Source: a virus
Lineage: Duplodnaviria; Heunggongvirae; Uroviricota; Caudoviricetes
Direction: 5' to 3' (one strand)
Length of the DNA: 41,351 bases
IMG/VR virus record: IMGVR_UViG_2541047933_000011
A model generated the notes under the pieces. That model made no database searches. It saw only the letters and a program-made list of their open reading frames with translations, and was not told the DNA's origin. Below, in pieces: positions 17,749 to 27,092 of this stretch. Each line of letters opens with the position of its first letter. Position 1 is the first letter of the stretch. A program made the translations under genes and the position numbers.

Positions 17749-20219
17749 CAGAATCCCCCAACAGTAAGGCGAGGAATAACGGCAAGAACAGACAGCGGCA
17801 ACGGGTCAAGCTGACGGATTTTTACACGTCCGTTTTTGCCCCAGTTACTGTCCAGTTTCACTTCTACTTTTCCGGTAGCATCATCAACAGGATCATCGTA
17901 GAACTCGAATTCACGCTGTGGATATTCGTACCATTTACCGCCGGGCGTAGTCGCCCAGATGCCGCGACTGGCATTCACAACCAGAGTAACGGAGGGGATC
18001 ACCTGTTTTTTGTCCAGCAGCGTTTCCTGTCCGTTAATGTTGATATCCAGTGTTTCGAATTCAGCAGTTATTGGCAGGCCGATGTGCACTACAGCCCCCG
18101 GAGATTCCAGCGTGACGGCACCTCCGGAAACCACTTTCTGTGGTTCCACGTTCGCATCAGAGAGAATGTTTACGGTCTGGCCTTCAAGATGAGACAGGCC
18201 TCCAAATGTCCGGCGCGCCATCTGCCAGTTCGTGGTAGCCACATTCCTGAGGGATGGCGGGACGTTCCTGTTAGCACGAACCACTACAGCGGTATTGCTG
18301 GTTACAGAAATGATGTCGCAACGTAATTCTTTTGACACTTCATCGCCAGTATCAGGATCAGTTCCGGTATAAGGGAACTGTAGTTGAGCACCGATATCAC
18401 TACTGGTGAAGTACGCACCACCAGAAACACTGATTGTATATTCCGCGCGGTAATCCCATTCGCCAGAACCACCAGTGATGGTCATCGTTCTGTCAGACGT
18501 ATTTCTTCCATCATAGCTAAGGCCAGAATCAACAAAGAAAGCATCTTCATCGCTGGTAAATAAACGGCTGGACAGCCGCTCGATGTATCTCACTGTTTGC
18601 CCGTTAACGGTTCGGTTAACGACGAAATACACCGCATCTTCATTGCCTTCGCTGATACTGCATGTGCTTTCATATTTTCCGGTACTGGATTGTGGTGCCC
18701 ATGCAAAAACCTGCTGATCACGCAAATAGGTCATCACCAGTAATTTACCGTCATCACGAATGCAGAAGGCACTGGAGTAAGGGACAATCGAGAAGCACCA
18801 GTCAACAATGCTGTGCTTCTGAAAAAGATGATTGGCAAGGATGGTCAGGTCGTTCCCCTGATAGCCGTCAACATCGAATGAGTAGGCCAGATCACGGACA
18901 ACGCTGCCTTTCTCCTGGACGAACAGAGCAATATTCGCCACGGCAATTGGCGGGACGTTGCTTGAGCCATTTGATCCCTGAGAGCTGAATGCAAATGATG
19001 ATGGGGTTAACACTTTGTTCTGGTCGCCGGTGATGACGTACTCACCTCCGGAAGTCAGCGCCACCAGCGAACCGACATCAATCAGGTGGCGGATCTCATT
19101 AACCTGACGCCCGGCATAGGTGTAGATAATTCTGTCGTCATCCTGCGTAGGATTGCTTTTGCCAAAATCCTTATAATCCCCGGTACGGCTGGCCCAGATA
19201 GTCTGAGGGAACGCAGTCGATGCGGCGAAGTAAAGACGTTGTTGATAATAAACAACAGTGCCAGGATAACCATTAACACTGTTCCAGGCATATTTAGCCC
19301 ATTTATAGCTGGCATTATCCTCGCCAACGACCTGCGAAGGGATATAGGAAATCACCTCAGCAGTTGCAGTAGTGCCATTTGCAGCAGTGATACGGGCAAT
19401 GCCAAAACCACTGTGCAGATACTCCCACTCAATGCCAGTATCATCATCACCGGATCCGCCCCAGCCATCCCATGATGTGCCTTCTGTATGCGAAGGGCGC
19501 AAAGTACCTGTTTTGCCTGCTGTAACGGCGCGATAGTAGTTACTGTCTGCACGGCGAATATCGCCAATCGACGTACTCTTACTGGTTTCCCATACCGGCA
19601 CAGAATCCACTGCAGGCTGTTCCAGATAGAACAATTTGCCTACCTGCTCCGCGCCAAAAATAGAGGCGCTTGCCGTTAACGTAATTGTCCCGGTGCTGGC
19701 GCTGGCATAAACCGTCACTGACTCGTCAATATTGATATCTTCAAATGGCCCGTTCTTCGTTACCACATCAACCAGTTGCCAGTTGTCATGCGCATAGCGG
19801 CGCAACTCTTTCGGCGGGTATGCCGGATGAACCAGCGTAAGCACGTCTGCGCTTTGCGTGAATTTAATTCGGAACAGATCGGCTTCAGTATATGGCGTGG
19901 AAATTTCATAAATAACATTGCTGCTGTTCAGCACCAACGCACCATCTTTGATAACGCGCATGTACTGGTGTCCGAACTCCAGAGCATAAGTCTGAACCGT
20001 CGAGAACTGGAACGGGATCAGGCGGCATTTCCGATTTGGGTATTTGGCGGCACCGACAAAACGCGTACCAGGTCGATTCTCAACTCCGCCATACTGCCGC
20101 ACGATAAAGTTATCGCACTTGCGCAATGCCACCTGGTACTTCGCCATGTCAATACGACCGTACAACGACGGTCCAATCTCACCACCGGCAAAGCTGGGCT
20201 GGATCCAACTGATAGCCAT
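17748..20219 (-). CDS. tail hub / tail tubular protein B-like
   Basis: 823 aa; N-terminus MAISWIQPSFAGGEIGPSLYGR resembles T7 gp12 N-terminus (recalled). Confidence 0.65.
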   Translation of the reverse strand: MAISWIQPSFAGGEIGPSLYGRIDMAKYQVALRKCDNFIVRQYGGVENRPGTRFVGAAKYPNRKCRLIPFQFSTVQTYALEFGHQYMRVIKDGALVLNSSNVIYEISTPYTEADLFRIKFTQSADVLTLVHPAYPPKELRRYAHDNWQLVDVVTKNGPFEDINIDESVTVYASASTGTITLTASASIFGAEQVGKLFYLEQPAVDSVPVWETSKSTSIGDIRRADSNYYRAVTAGKTGTLRPSHTEGTSWDGWGGSGDDDTGIEWEYLHSGFGIARITAANGTTATAEVISYIPSQVVGEDNASYKWAKYAWNSVNGYPGTVVYYQQRLYFAASTAFPQTIWASRTGDYKDFGKSNPTQDDDRIIYTYAGRQVNEIRHLIDVGSLVALTSGGEYVITGDQNKVLTPSSFAFSSQGSNGSSNVPPIAVANIALFVQEKGSVVRDLAYSFDVDGYQGNDLTILANHLFQKHSIVDWCFSIVPYSSAFCIRDDGKLLVMTYLRDQQVFAWAPQSSTGKYESTCSISEGNEDAVYFVVNRTVNGQTVRYIERLSSRLFTSDEDAFFVDSGLSYDGRNTSDRTMTITGGSGEWDYRAEYTISVSGGAYFTSSDIGAQLQFPYTGTDPDTGDEVSKELRCDIISVTSNTAVVVRANRNVPPSLRNVATTNWQMARRTFGGLSHLEGQTVNILSDANVEPQKVVSGGAVTLESPGAVVHIGLPITAEFETLDININGQETLLDKKQVIPSVTLVVNASRGIWATTPGGKWYEYPQREFEFYDDPVDDATGKVEVKLDSNWGKNGRVKIRQLDPLPLSVLAVIPRLTVGGF

Positions 20220-20824
20220 CAGGACAACCTCGCAATGGTAAACTCGTCAACCGGTGGCAGTGGTTCCTGTGATTCATTCTGGCTATGCGAGCCAGCACTA
20301 AGAATCACGCGATTGTACATATTGAGGGCAAACGTACCGAGGTCTGCATTCCCAGTCAGCGCCATGTTAATAGCTGCAGCAAGACGCCAGGCCAACGCCT
20401 CCATAAAAATGGCATCAAACATGTTCACATCTGAAACGCGAGAGACATACTTGAGCCATGCCTGCGGCTGGTCTGTGTAGATCAACTTTCCTGTTCCGTT
20501 GGTGTCTGCACCAACTTCGTACTGAACGCGCATTGCTGCTGTTGGATTGCGTACACCAGGAAGCATAATTTCAGTAATGCGCAGACAATCGGACGGGTAC
20601 TGGTACGCATATTCCCAGTCAGGCGGTGGATTGTTCGTATCTGCAAGCGCCACGCGTTTGGTAGCAAAGTTCCAGTCAAAATCAGAAAGCACAGCATCAC
20701 GGCAGGCCTCAAAGTGCAGCGAACATTCCCCTGCTTCCTTGCTGGCTTCCGTCAGGCTGTTAATGCTGCGGCTGTTGCCAATATTGGACAGCGCACGATT
20801 ACAGATCTCTACTACAGAGGCCAT
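20219..20824 (-). CDS. tail tubular protein A-like
   Basis: 201 aa from ATG 20824; loose resemblance to T7 gp11; directly precedes the tubular B-like gene. Confidence 0.5.
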   Translation of the reverse strand: MASVVEICNRALSNIGNSRSINSLTEASKEAGECSLHFEACRDAVLSDFDWNFATKRVALADTNNPPPDWEYAYQYPSDCLRITEIMLPGVRNPTAAMRVQYEVGADTNGTGKLIYTDQPQAWLKYVSRVSDVNMFDAIFMEALAWRLAAAINMALTGNADLGTFALNMYNRVILSAGSHSQNESQEPLPPVDEFTIARLS

Positions 20825-21147
20825 CACTCACCCCCGTTACCGTAGAGGGTTTCAGCCGCTGATTTTTCTACATCACCGGAAACAGGAGCGATTGCCATAT
20901 CAGTGATCTGCAGATCGGCGCTGCGATTAACACCATCGTCAGTTTCTCTGGCAGACAGGCCTCGAATAACAGCCTTTGCAGTTATCATCACTTCTGTTCC
21001 GACGCCCTGAGGTTGCGCCTTCAGCTTATTCAATGTGTCGTTATTAAGAGTGATGCACAGCCCCCACGGGTATTCATCGCGAGTTCTGGTTTCTCCGCTC
21101 TCATCCTGGTAGCTGTCAGTGCCGGTTTTGAGGTTTACGAGTTCCAT
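20824..21147 (-). CDS. small structural-module protein
   Basis: 107 aa from ATG 21147 with AGGAG RBS. Confidence 0.5.
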   Translation of the reverse strand: MELVNLKTGTDSYQDESGETRTRDEYPWGLCITLNNDTLNKLKAQPQGVGTEVMITAKAVIRGLSARETDDGVNRSADLQITDMAIAPVSGDVEKSAAETLYGNGGE

Positions 21148-21164
21148 ATACACTCCTGCAATAA

Positions 21165-21180
21165 AGGGGCCGAAGCCCCT
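21165..21180. other. stem-loop between structural genes
   Basis: AGGGGC-cgaa-GCCCCT (UUCG loop on the transcribed strand). Confidence 0.35.
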
Positions 21181-21197
21181 TGTCGGATTCGCGAGGC

Positions 21198-21533
21198 TTA
21201 CACGCCCAGTTCTTTACGCTTATCTGCGATCTTCTCGCGGAGCGTTTCGGCTTTAGCGTTATGGTGTGGCTTCTCGTTAAAGAGCAATTCGTACTCTTCA
21301 CGGAGCTTATCCAGTTCACCATCATCTGACACATCATTGATGATTTTGGTGCTGGTTGCTGCCATTGACACCTTTCCTGCAACTTTTGCTTTTGCCTGTC
21401 TGGCTGCATCGTTAACAGGTTCCAGTGCGCTACCAGGCTCACCTTCGTATTCGATTTCTGCCCCCTCCGGCCACAGAGTGTTATGGATATGAGAGAGGCG
21501 CAGAACGAGGTATCTTGGTTTCTCACCTGACAT
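21198..21533 (-). CDS. small structural-module protein (possible capsid decoration)
   Basis: 111 aa from ATG 21533 with AAGGTG RBS. Confidence 0.5.
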   Translation of the reverse strand: MSGEKPRYLVLRLSHIHNTLWPEGAEIEYEGEPGSALEPVNDAARQAKAKVAGKVSMAATSTKIINDVSDDGELDKLREEYELLFNEKPHHNAKAETLREKIADKRKELGV

Positions 21534-21543
21534 CGATATCACC

Positions 21544-21981
21544 TTAACCAGTTACTTTTGAGCGGATCGGATACGGCGTATTGGCATCAACATCAAGACT
21601 GATACCAGCAGTGAATTCGCCAGCCGTTAGTGGGCCAGTTGCGACGGAGTAGTTAACACGCAGATATCGCTGAACACCGGCAGGCACCTTTGCAGAAACA
21701 ACTCGTTTACCTGCTGTCAGGGCGGTCTTTGCCAGTGCGCCACTATCATAAATAGTGGTCCATGAGCTGTTATTTTCACTCGTCTGCAACTGGATGTTTA
21801 CAGTTGCATCACCACTTGCCGTGGCGGCTGTGTTAACCAGCGCCCAAAACTCAAGCGGGTAACCAACGCCGATATCACGACGTTTTCCGTCAATTGGACC
21901 GAGATCGATTACGTCAGTAGAAGCCGCGGTATCAGTTACCGCCTGTGCTTCGGAGAACATCAACAGTTTGTCGGTGATCAT
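21544..21981 (-). CDS. structural-module protein downstream of capsid gene
   Basis: 145 aa; GGAG RBS. Confidence 0.55.
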   Translation of the reverse strand: MITDKLLMFSEAQAVTDTAASTDVIDLGPIDGKRRDIGVGYPLEFWALVNTAATASGDATVNIQLQTSENNSSWTTIYDSGALAKTALTAGKRVVSAKVPAGVQRYLRVNYSVATGPLTAGEFTAGISLDVDANTPYPIRSKVTG

Positions 21982-22032
21982 CTTCTTTCTCCATTAGTGG
22001 GTCTGTTACGACCCACAGGTTAATAACAGGCG

Positions 22033-23025
22033 TTACACCACGCGGGCTTCTGTTTCCAGAAGCGCATCAGTTTCACGGATTGGTACACCACGGAATGAAG
22101 TCCACCACTCGCCTTCTGTCTCTTTTACGCTGATAGCCAGAGATGTTTTCTCCAGAGACTGCAGATCAAGAGCCTGGCCTACAGTGCGGTTCATGTAGAA
22201 CACCGGGCGGCCCATGCCACGGTTTGGAATGCGATGTAGTGCTTTAACCATCAACTTCGCAATATTTGCGGCAGAGGATGGTTCTGAAAGATTGCTGACA
22301 TCGATGTTTGCAATGCGAACAACATAACGCCAGTCACGCAGAGCAAGTCCGTTGTCCCATTTGTAATGGGTACGGTAGCCTTCGTACTTGCCGCCATTAG
22401 CATCTTCCAGTGTCACCTGGCCTTTATCTTCCATCTGGATGCCAGCCTTCTGCCCTTTCGGGAAGATGCCATGCACGGTGTTTTCGCCCCACACCACTAA
22501 CCAGATTGAGGTGTTATCTGTACCCGTGCCACCAGCATCAATGATGTTCTGAGCATTACCCGCAGACAGGCTGGAATAGCGGGAGGACAGTCCCATAAAC
22601 TGCTGAGGGTTAACGCTGGAATCACCATAAAACAGCGTCTGCGCCATCTGCTGATTCATCGCTTCAATAAATGCGCGGTCTTCAGACAGGCGGAATTCGG
22701 CGGTATTGCCGTTCAGATCAGCCAGTGACTTATCGACTTCCGCATAGGTTTCCAGCATGCCAACGGAATCGGTTACCTGCACTGTGGTTGATTTGCTTGG
22801 CTGTACGCCATAGTTCAGCAAACGCCAGGTAGCTGAAGGTAAACCAGAACGAATGGTGGTTCGGTGTCCGGTAGGAAGGTTCCCTTCGACAAAAGGCATA
22901 TCCTGAAGGATCGGGTTAGTTTGACCGAGAAGCTCGATAATCTTATCGACTTTCCCGTTTGGATCGACGCGCTTACCCCAGTCAGCCAGCGTCAGCGCAG
23001 TTAAGCCTTTAACAGCCATTGTCAT
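22033..23025 (-). CDS. major capsid protein (by position and size)
   Basis: 330 aa immediately downstream of scaffold-like gene; start may be ATG 23019. Confidence 0.6.
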   Translation of the reverse strand: MTMAVKGLTALTLADWGKRVDPNGKVDKIIELLGQTNPILQDMPFVEGNLPTGHRTTIRSGLPSATWRLLNYGVQPSKSTTVQVTDSVGMLETYAEVDKSLADLNGNTAEFRLSEDRAFIEAMNQQMAQTLFYGDSSVNPQQFMGLSSRYSSLSAGNAQNIIDAGGTGTDNTSIWLVVWGENTVHGIFPKGQKAGIQMEDKGQVTLEDANGGKYEGYRTHYKWDNGLALRDWRYVVRIANIDVSNLSEPSSAANIAKLMVKALHRIPNRGMGRPVFYMNRTVGQALDLQSLEKTSLAISVKETEGEWWTSFRGVPIRETDALLETEARVV

Positions 23026-23033
23026 TTCCTCTC

Positions 23034-23729
23034 TTATTTGCCATAGAGCACTTCGGCCGCACTACGCTGGCCTTCATTACCACCGGTGACCATGCCATCT
23101 TCAGACATCGCCTTTCCGATTTTCACGAACGTTTTGACCAGATCAGGGTGATTACCCAGCCCGGTGGTGTTCAGATATTCTTTGAGTTCAGGTGTCCCGA
23201 ACTGGTCAAGCGCACGCTGTGCGGCGCTAAGGTTAGAAATCAACTTGTCGCCACCGATTTCTTTGTCGGCTTTTACATCCGCAGCCCACTGCTCGGTTGT
23301 TTTCTGCCAGGCTTCTGCCTGGCGCTGCTGAACACCTGCCAGAATCTTCGGATAAGCATCAACCAGCTTTTGCGCTTGCTCGTTGGTCAGGTTTAGTTCT
23401 CGCGCCACCGGCTCGAATTCCTTCAACGCTTCTGTATCCAGCTCTACGCCTTCGGCAGCCTGAAACTCGTACTTTTCAGGCGCACCCTCTGGTTTATCGC
23501 CGTCCTTTTTTTCATCCTGCTTATCGTTTTCAGGCTTTTTGTCATCAGCAGGTTTATCGCCATCAGCAACAGGTTGTGGCTTATCACCTTCCTGTTGTGA
23601 TGGATCACCAACTGGAGCAGGGTTATCACCTGCAGGCGCTGACGGTTCTGACGCAGCCGGAGCTGCTCCACCATCGACTGGTTGCTCATTGCAAATACGG
23701 CGATACAGCAAACGCTCAAATAAATTCAT
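23034..23729 (-). CDS. scaffolding protein
   Basis: 231 aa from ATG 23729 with AGGAG RBS; acidic, Pro/Ala/Asp/Lys-rich N-terminal half; between portal and capsid. Confidence 0.6.
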   Translation of the reverse strand: MNLFERLLYRRICNEQPVDGGAAPAASEPSAPAGDNPAPVGDPSQQEGDKPQPVADGDKPADDKKPENDKQDEKKDGDKPEGAPEKYEFQAAEGVELDTEALKEFEPVARELNLTNEQAQKLVDAYPKILAGVQQRQAEAWQKTTEQWAADVKADKEIGGDKLISNLSAAQRALDQFGTPELKEYLNTTGLGNHPDLVKTFVKIGKAMSEDGMVTGGNEGQRSAAEVLYGK

Positions 23730-23731
23730 GA

Positions 23732-24028
23732 TCACTCCTGTTCACTGGCCTCTTTGGCCATCTTCAAATACTGTTCAGGGCAATGCGCCATAACGCGCTG
23801 AAACAGTTCCAGCGCCAGATTGCGTTGCCCCTCATTAAATGCCATTGCCATAGCGTCCATCGGTGAGATAGCGGAAAACACACGGCCTTTCTCCAGCACC
23901 GACCAGACAACGCGACGCCCCTGTTCACTGCTCATGACAAAGCGAATGTCATCAATTTCACGCTGCGCCATGTCACGTTGCTTACGGGCGTTTTCTTCTT
24001 TCAGTTGATCGTCTTCGTAATCTGTCAT
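23732..24028 (-). CDS. small protein between portal and scaffold genes
   Basis: 98 aa; start overlaps portal stop. Confidence 0.5.
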   Translation of the reverse strand: MTDYEDDQLKEENARKQRDMAQREIDDIRFVMSSEQGRRVVWSVLEKGRVFSAISPMDAMAMAFNEGQRNLALELFQRVMAHCPEQYLKMAKEASEQE

Positions 24029-25704
24029 TGTGATTGCCCACCCTGACCACTAACTGCATTCGCCATAGCTGACAAAACACTCGGATCCGAAGTTTTAGCT
24101 TCACTTAGCGTCTTGGCACCCTGTGCCGCCGCCATCCCCATCGCCATCATTTGTTGCTGCTGTTGTTGCTGTGCCCGTTGCTGGCGAGCCTGCTCAACCT
24201 GTTCCTGCGGAACAATGACGGTTGGAGACACTCCGGACATATCAGCGAATGCATCGATCGCCTGATCAACGTTGAGTTTGTCGAGAGCTTCTGGTTTCGC
24301 TTGCGCAAGTTGACCAATGAAGTTAACCGTGGACGCCAGACTGGACAGGCCGATAGACTTCTGCGCCTGAGCCATGACGGAAATGTATTCGACCTTCAGG
24401 GGCATGCCTTCCATCGCGTCAGGCGGTGGCGGCAGCATGTTTTTACGCACCATCATCGAGAAAGAGCGATCAATGAGAGGATTAAGACATTCGTCGTTCA
24501 GGCGCTCCAGAACCGGCCCCAACATCAGAAGTTTTTCTTCTTTCATTTCGATCACCGCTTCCACAGGCATCGAGCGGGTATTGATGTTCTGCAACATCAT
24601 GAACAGATCGACAAAGTAGGCGCTGTTAATGATTTGACGAGTGTCCTGAATGTCTGCCACCAAATCTGCTGTACTGGGGTTAACCAGATAAGCAGGCCTG
24701 AAACCATCCTGACCAGTAATCTGATCGATATACGTGATGTCGCCAGGAAGAAGGGAGGCGCGCTGATTCTTGAGGGAAGTCGGAGCAACCATCGGCGGAT
24801 TGGTGGCTTTATCAATCAACTGCGACTTGCGCTTCTGGAGAAGCTGCAATGCCTTAACAGGTCCAAGCGCCAGCATACCCGGGCATGATGATCCATAAAC
24901 ATCTTCGCCGTTAACTTCCCAGCGCGGAGCCATAATTGGAAACTCATCGAATCCGGACTCACGCAACAACTTGTCGTTATCGCCACCAACCTCGTAATAA
25001 ACCGATTTGAATGGCTTGTTCTTGCTATCCAGCTTCGATGTATCGCGGTCAATGTTCGGGTAAACCGAATGCATCACTTCAATCCACTTCTCGTAGGTGC
25101 CGCTTTCCCACATGCTTTTTACGGATTCGCTGACGTTATTTAGCCCGAACTCCTGAACAAGCTGACGAACAGTCATAGAGAACTTGCGAAAACAGGTGTC
25201 CACACTGCCACGAGGTGAGTTAGCCAGGTAGTAACTGCCTATCGGGAATGGCATTGTGCGAATGATGTCCTCGTCATCCTCCAGCACCGCCATTGCACCA
25301 GTGCTGTATGTGCCGAGGCTTCCGTATAACTGCGGAAGAGACTGGTAGAGATTCGACTTATTGAACATATCGTTCATGCGGTTCTGCACCGCCTCGAGCC
25401 ACAACTTAACAGGACCATAATCCATCATTTCAGGATCTGGCGTAGCCAGGCGAAACCACGGACGCGCAGGGCTTGTGATGCCTGACATCATGCCGCTGGC
25501 GAGAGTGCGCGCCGCCATAGTCCCGGTCGAATCAATAATGCGTGTATTGCGTCGATCGTTACGGTTGACTTCAGAAGTCAGAAAGCGGGAACCACGCGGG
25601 TTGATGTAATCACTCAACTCGCGCCAGTGCGGCTCGAACGACTGACGCTCGCTTTCAAGTTGTGCGAACTGTTTGTTCAATCGCTCTTTAGTTGTTTCCG
25701 CCAT
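24025..25704 (-). CDS. portal (head-to-tail connector), T7 gp8-like
   Basis: 559 aa; GGAG RBS; Gln/Met/Ala-rich C-terminus (QQQQQQQMMAMGMAAAQGA) resembling T7 gp8 C-terminus (recalled). Confidence 0.8.
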   Translation of the reverse strand: MAETTKERLNKQFAQLESERQSFEPHWRELSDYINPRGSRFLTSEVNRNDRRNTRIIDSTGTMAARTLASGMMSGITSPARPWFRLATPDPEMMDYGPVKLWLEAVQNRMNDMFNKSNLYQSLPQLYGSLGTYSTGAMAVLEDDEDIIRTMPFPIGSYYLANSPRGSVDTCFRKFSMTVRQLVQEFGLNNVSESVKSMWESGTYEKWIEVMHSVYPNIDRDTSKLDSKNKPFKSVYYEVGGDNDKLLRESGFDEFPIMAPRWEVNGEDVYGSSCPGMLALGPVKALQLLQKRKSQLIDKATNPPMVAPTSLKNQRASLLPGDITYIDQITGQDGFRPAYLVNPSTADLVADIQDTRQIINSAYFVDLFMMLQNINTRSMPVEAVIEMKEEKLLMLGPVLERLNDECLNPLIDRSFSMMVRKNMLPPPPDAMEGMPLKVEYISVMAQAQKSIGLSSLASTVNFIGQLAQAKPEALDKLNVDQAIDAFADMSGVSPTVIVPQEQVEQARQQRAQQQQQQQMMAMGMAAAQGAKTLSEAKTSDPSVLSAMANAVSGQGGQSQ

Positions 25705-25718
25705 TTCAATGACTCCGG

Positions 25719-25925
25719 TTACTGACCAAGCAGCGTTTTACCGCTGGTATTAGCGGTTGATGTGTCGCCCTGAGAACCGGTAAGCAGCGTAGAACTACGA
25801 CCAGCAGCAGCGCGACGGCGACGTGTTTCTTCGTCGCGGGCATCAACAACGGCGGCATCCTGCTCCTGTGGTGCTGCCTGAACTTCTGGTGTTGCAGGCA
25901 CTGATGGTGAGCTACCCATGCACAT
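25719..25925 (-). CDS. small protein preceding portal
   Basis: 68 aa; GGAG RBS 8 nt before ATG 25925; preferred over overlapping frame 25706..25945. Confidence 0.4.
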   Translation of the reverse strand: MCMGSSPSVPATPEVQAAPQEQDAAVVDARDEETRRRRAAAGRSSTLLTGSQGDTSTANTSGKTLLGQ

Positions 25926-26014
25926 ATCAATGACTCCGTACGCAATTAAATTATTACCAATTTAACCACATATGATTTATTTATCGTAGAAGGTTGACAT
26001 TTAACGCGTTAATT

Positions 26015-26031
26015 ATTACCTTTCAGGTAAC
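26015..26031. promoter_or_regulatory. operator-like palindrome ATTACC-tttca-GGTAAc
   Basis: core exact; 90 bp upstream of ATG 25925. Confidence 0.55.
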
Positions 26032-26352
26032 CAAAGGGCTCATTCTGGTTACTAACCTGACTGGCTTGTCGTTAAATTAAACAGGTGGAGTGAGCTTTTA
26101 TTTTGAGCAGTACGGCGTATGGCACATGCGCCGATAGCGGTCTGGATACGTTTAAGGGGCACCCTCCCTTGCTCGGGCAAACGAACCAGGTAGCCGGAAT
26201 GTGCAAGTCGAGCGGTTTTATTCCGCGCACGGGGATTCACCATCCCGGCGATTCGGTGTGACGCCTCGGAAGAGACGAGGGTACAACGATGAGAGCATTT
26301 ATGGAGCCGCGACAAAGTGTGGCGCCTTAACAGGCTAAGTGCTCTCAGCGTT

Positions 26353-26429
26353 GTGGCATTAGCTCAGTTGGACAGAGCAACCGCCTTCTAAGCGGTTGGT
26401 CGCAGGTTCGAATCCTGCATGCCACGCCA
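26353..26429 (+). tRNA. tRNA-Arg (anticodon UCU), phage-encoded
   Basis: 77 nt; acceptor stem GTGGCAT/ATGCCAC; D-arm GCTCAGTTGGACAGAGC; anticodon stem ACCGC/GCGGT with loop CTTCTAA; T-arm GCAGGTTCGAATCCTGC; 3' GCCA. Confidence 0.85.
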
Positions 26430-26472
26430 GAATCACGCCTAAGGACCGTGATGCCAGAAGTTCCAGGTGCTT

Positions 26473-26516
26473 GGCGGTGATAGTTTCCCTTGAAGGACTA
26501 TCACCGCCCTTTTTAC
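26473..26516 (+). terminator. rho-independent terminator after tRNA
   Basis: 12-bp stem GGCGGTGATAGT/ACTATCACCGCC followed by CTTTTT. Confidence 0.65.
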
Positions 26517-26627
26517 AGCAGGACGCCATTGCGATGACTTCATGCTGTAAACCCGTACAGCCACGGAAGGCATAACTCATTGCTTCCAGTTCGCCCGGTT
26601 CGCCGGGCATTTTTTTAAGGTGAGATT

Positions 26628-27002
26628 ATGAACGACCAGCAAATCGAAAAAGAAATCGTTGAGAAAGGCAAAACCGCTCCGCGTGTAACACCCGAGAAAA
26701 TTGAAGGCCTCATTTGCAGTGAGCATTTTTTCACTGCTGCGCAGGGTGACCACCAGGCTAAAGAAGATGACCTTATTTATAATCCGGAGCCTTATGTCGA
26801 AGCCACCCCTGATGCTCTGCACCTTCTCACTTTCTGCGTATTGGTACTGAAGAATGGCTTCACCGTTACCGGAGAGAGTGCCTGTGCAAGCCCGGAAAAC
26901 TTTGATGCAGAAATTGGTCGGAAGATTGCCCGGCAGAATGCTGTAAACAAAATCTGGATGCTCGAAGGTTACTTGCTGAAGCAGAAGTTAAGCGAGCAAT
27001 AA
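26628..27002 (+). CDS. Gp49-like (N4 gp49 / Sf6 gp66 family) protein
   Basis: 124 aa; AAGGTGA RBS; motif LTFCVLVLKNGFTVTGESAC recalled as typical of this family. Confidence 0.55.
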   Translation: MNDQQIEKEIVEKGKTAPRVTPEKIEGLICSEHFFTAAQGDHQAKEDDLIYNPEPYVEATPDALHLLTFCVLVLKNGFTVTGESACASPENFDAEIGRKIARQNAVNKIWMLEGYLLKQKLSEQ

Positions 27003-27019
27003 CACCGTGACATGTCACA
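26999..27019. repeat. direct repeat copy 1: ATAACACC-GTGACATGTCACA (12-bp perfect palindrome)
   Basis: shares 21 of 21 non-indel positions with 29447..29470; at the terL-distal boundary of the terminase block. Confidence 0.7.
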
Positions 27020-27022
27020 AAC

Positions 27023-27050
27023 AGCCAGCCGATGAGCTGGCTTTGTTTTA
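27023..27050 (+). terminator. terminator-like hairpin after gp49-like gene
   Basis: AGCCAGC-cgatga-GCTGGCT followed by TTGTTTTA. Confidence 0.5.
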
Positions 27051-27092
27051 TCCTCACCAGAGGATATCAGCAGTATTATCCCCACCAGCGGA

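Noticed and set aside
19776-20480. 234-aa plus-strand ORF, and similar antisense ORFs at 1748..2404, 24151..24888 and 27829..28335
   Set aside because: Each is fully embedded antisense within a long, well-supported minus-strand gene, with no RBS; typical shadow ORFs.
25706-25945. 79-aa frame as the gene upstream of portal
   Set aside because: His/Gln/Arg/Cys-rich composition; the overlapping 25719..25925 frame has a GGAG RBS and more protein-like composition.
26052-26315. 87-aa minus-strand ORF and a possible second tRNA upstream of tRNA-Arg
   Set aside because: The ORF is Arg-rich with no RBS. A T-arm-like GGGGATTCACCATCCC is present but I could not assemble an acceptor stem or cloverleaf by hand; left unresolved as non-coding.
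27007-27018. GTGACATGTCAC as a CRP/FNR-type site
   Set aside because: Half-site spacing is 4 bp, not the 6 bp of TGTGA-N6-TCACA; more likely part of the longer direct repeat shared with 29447..29470.
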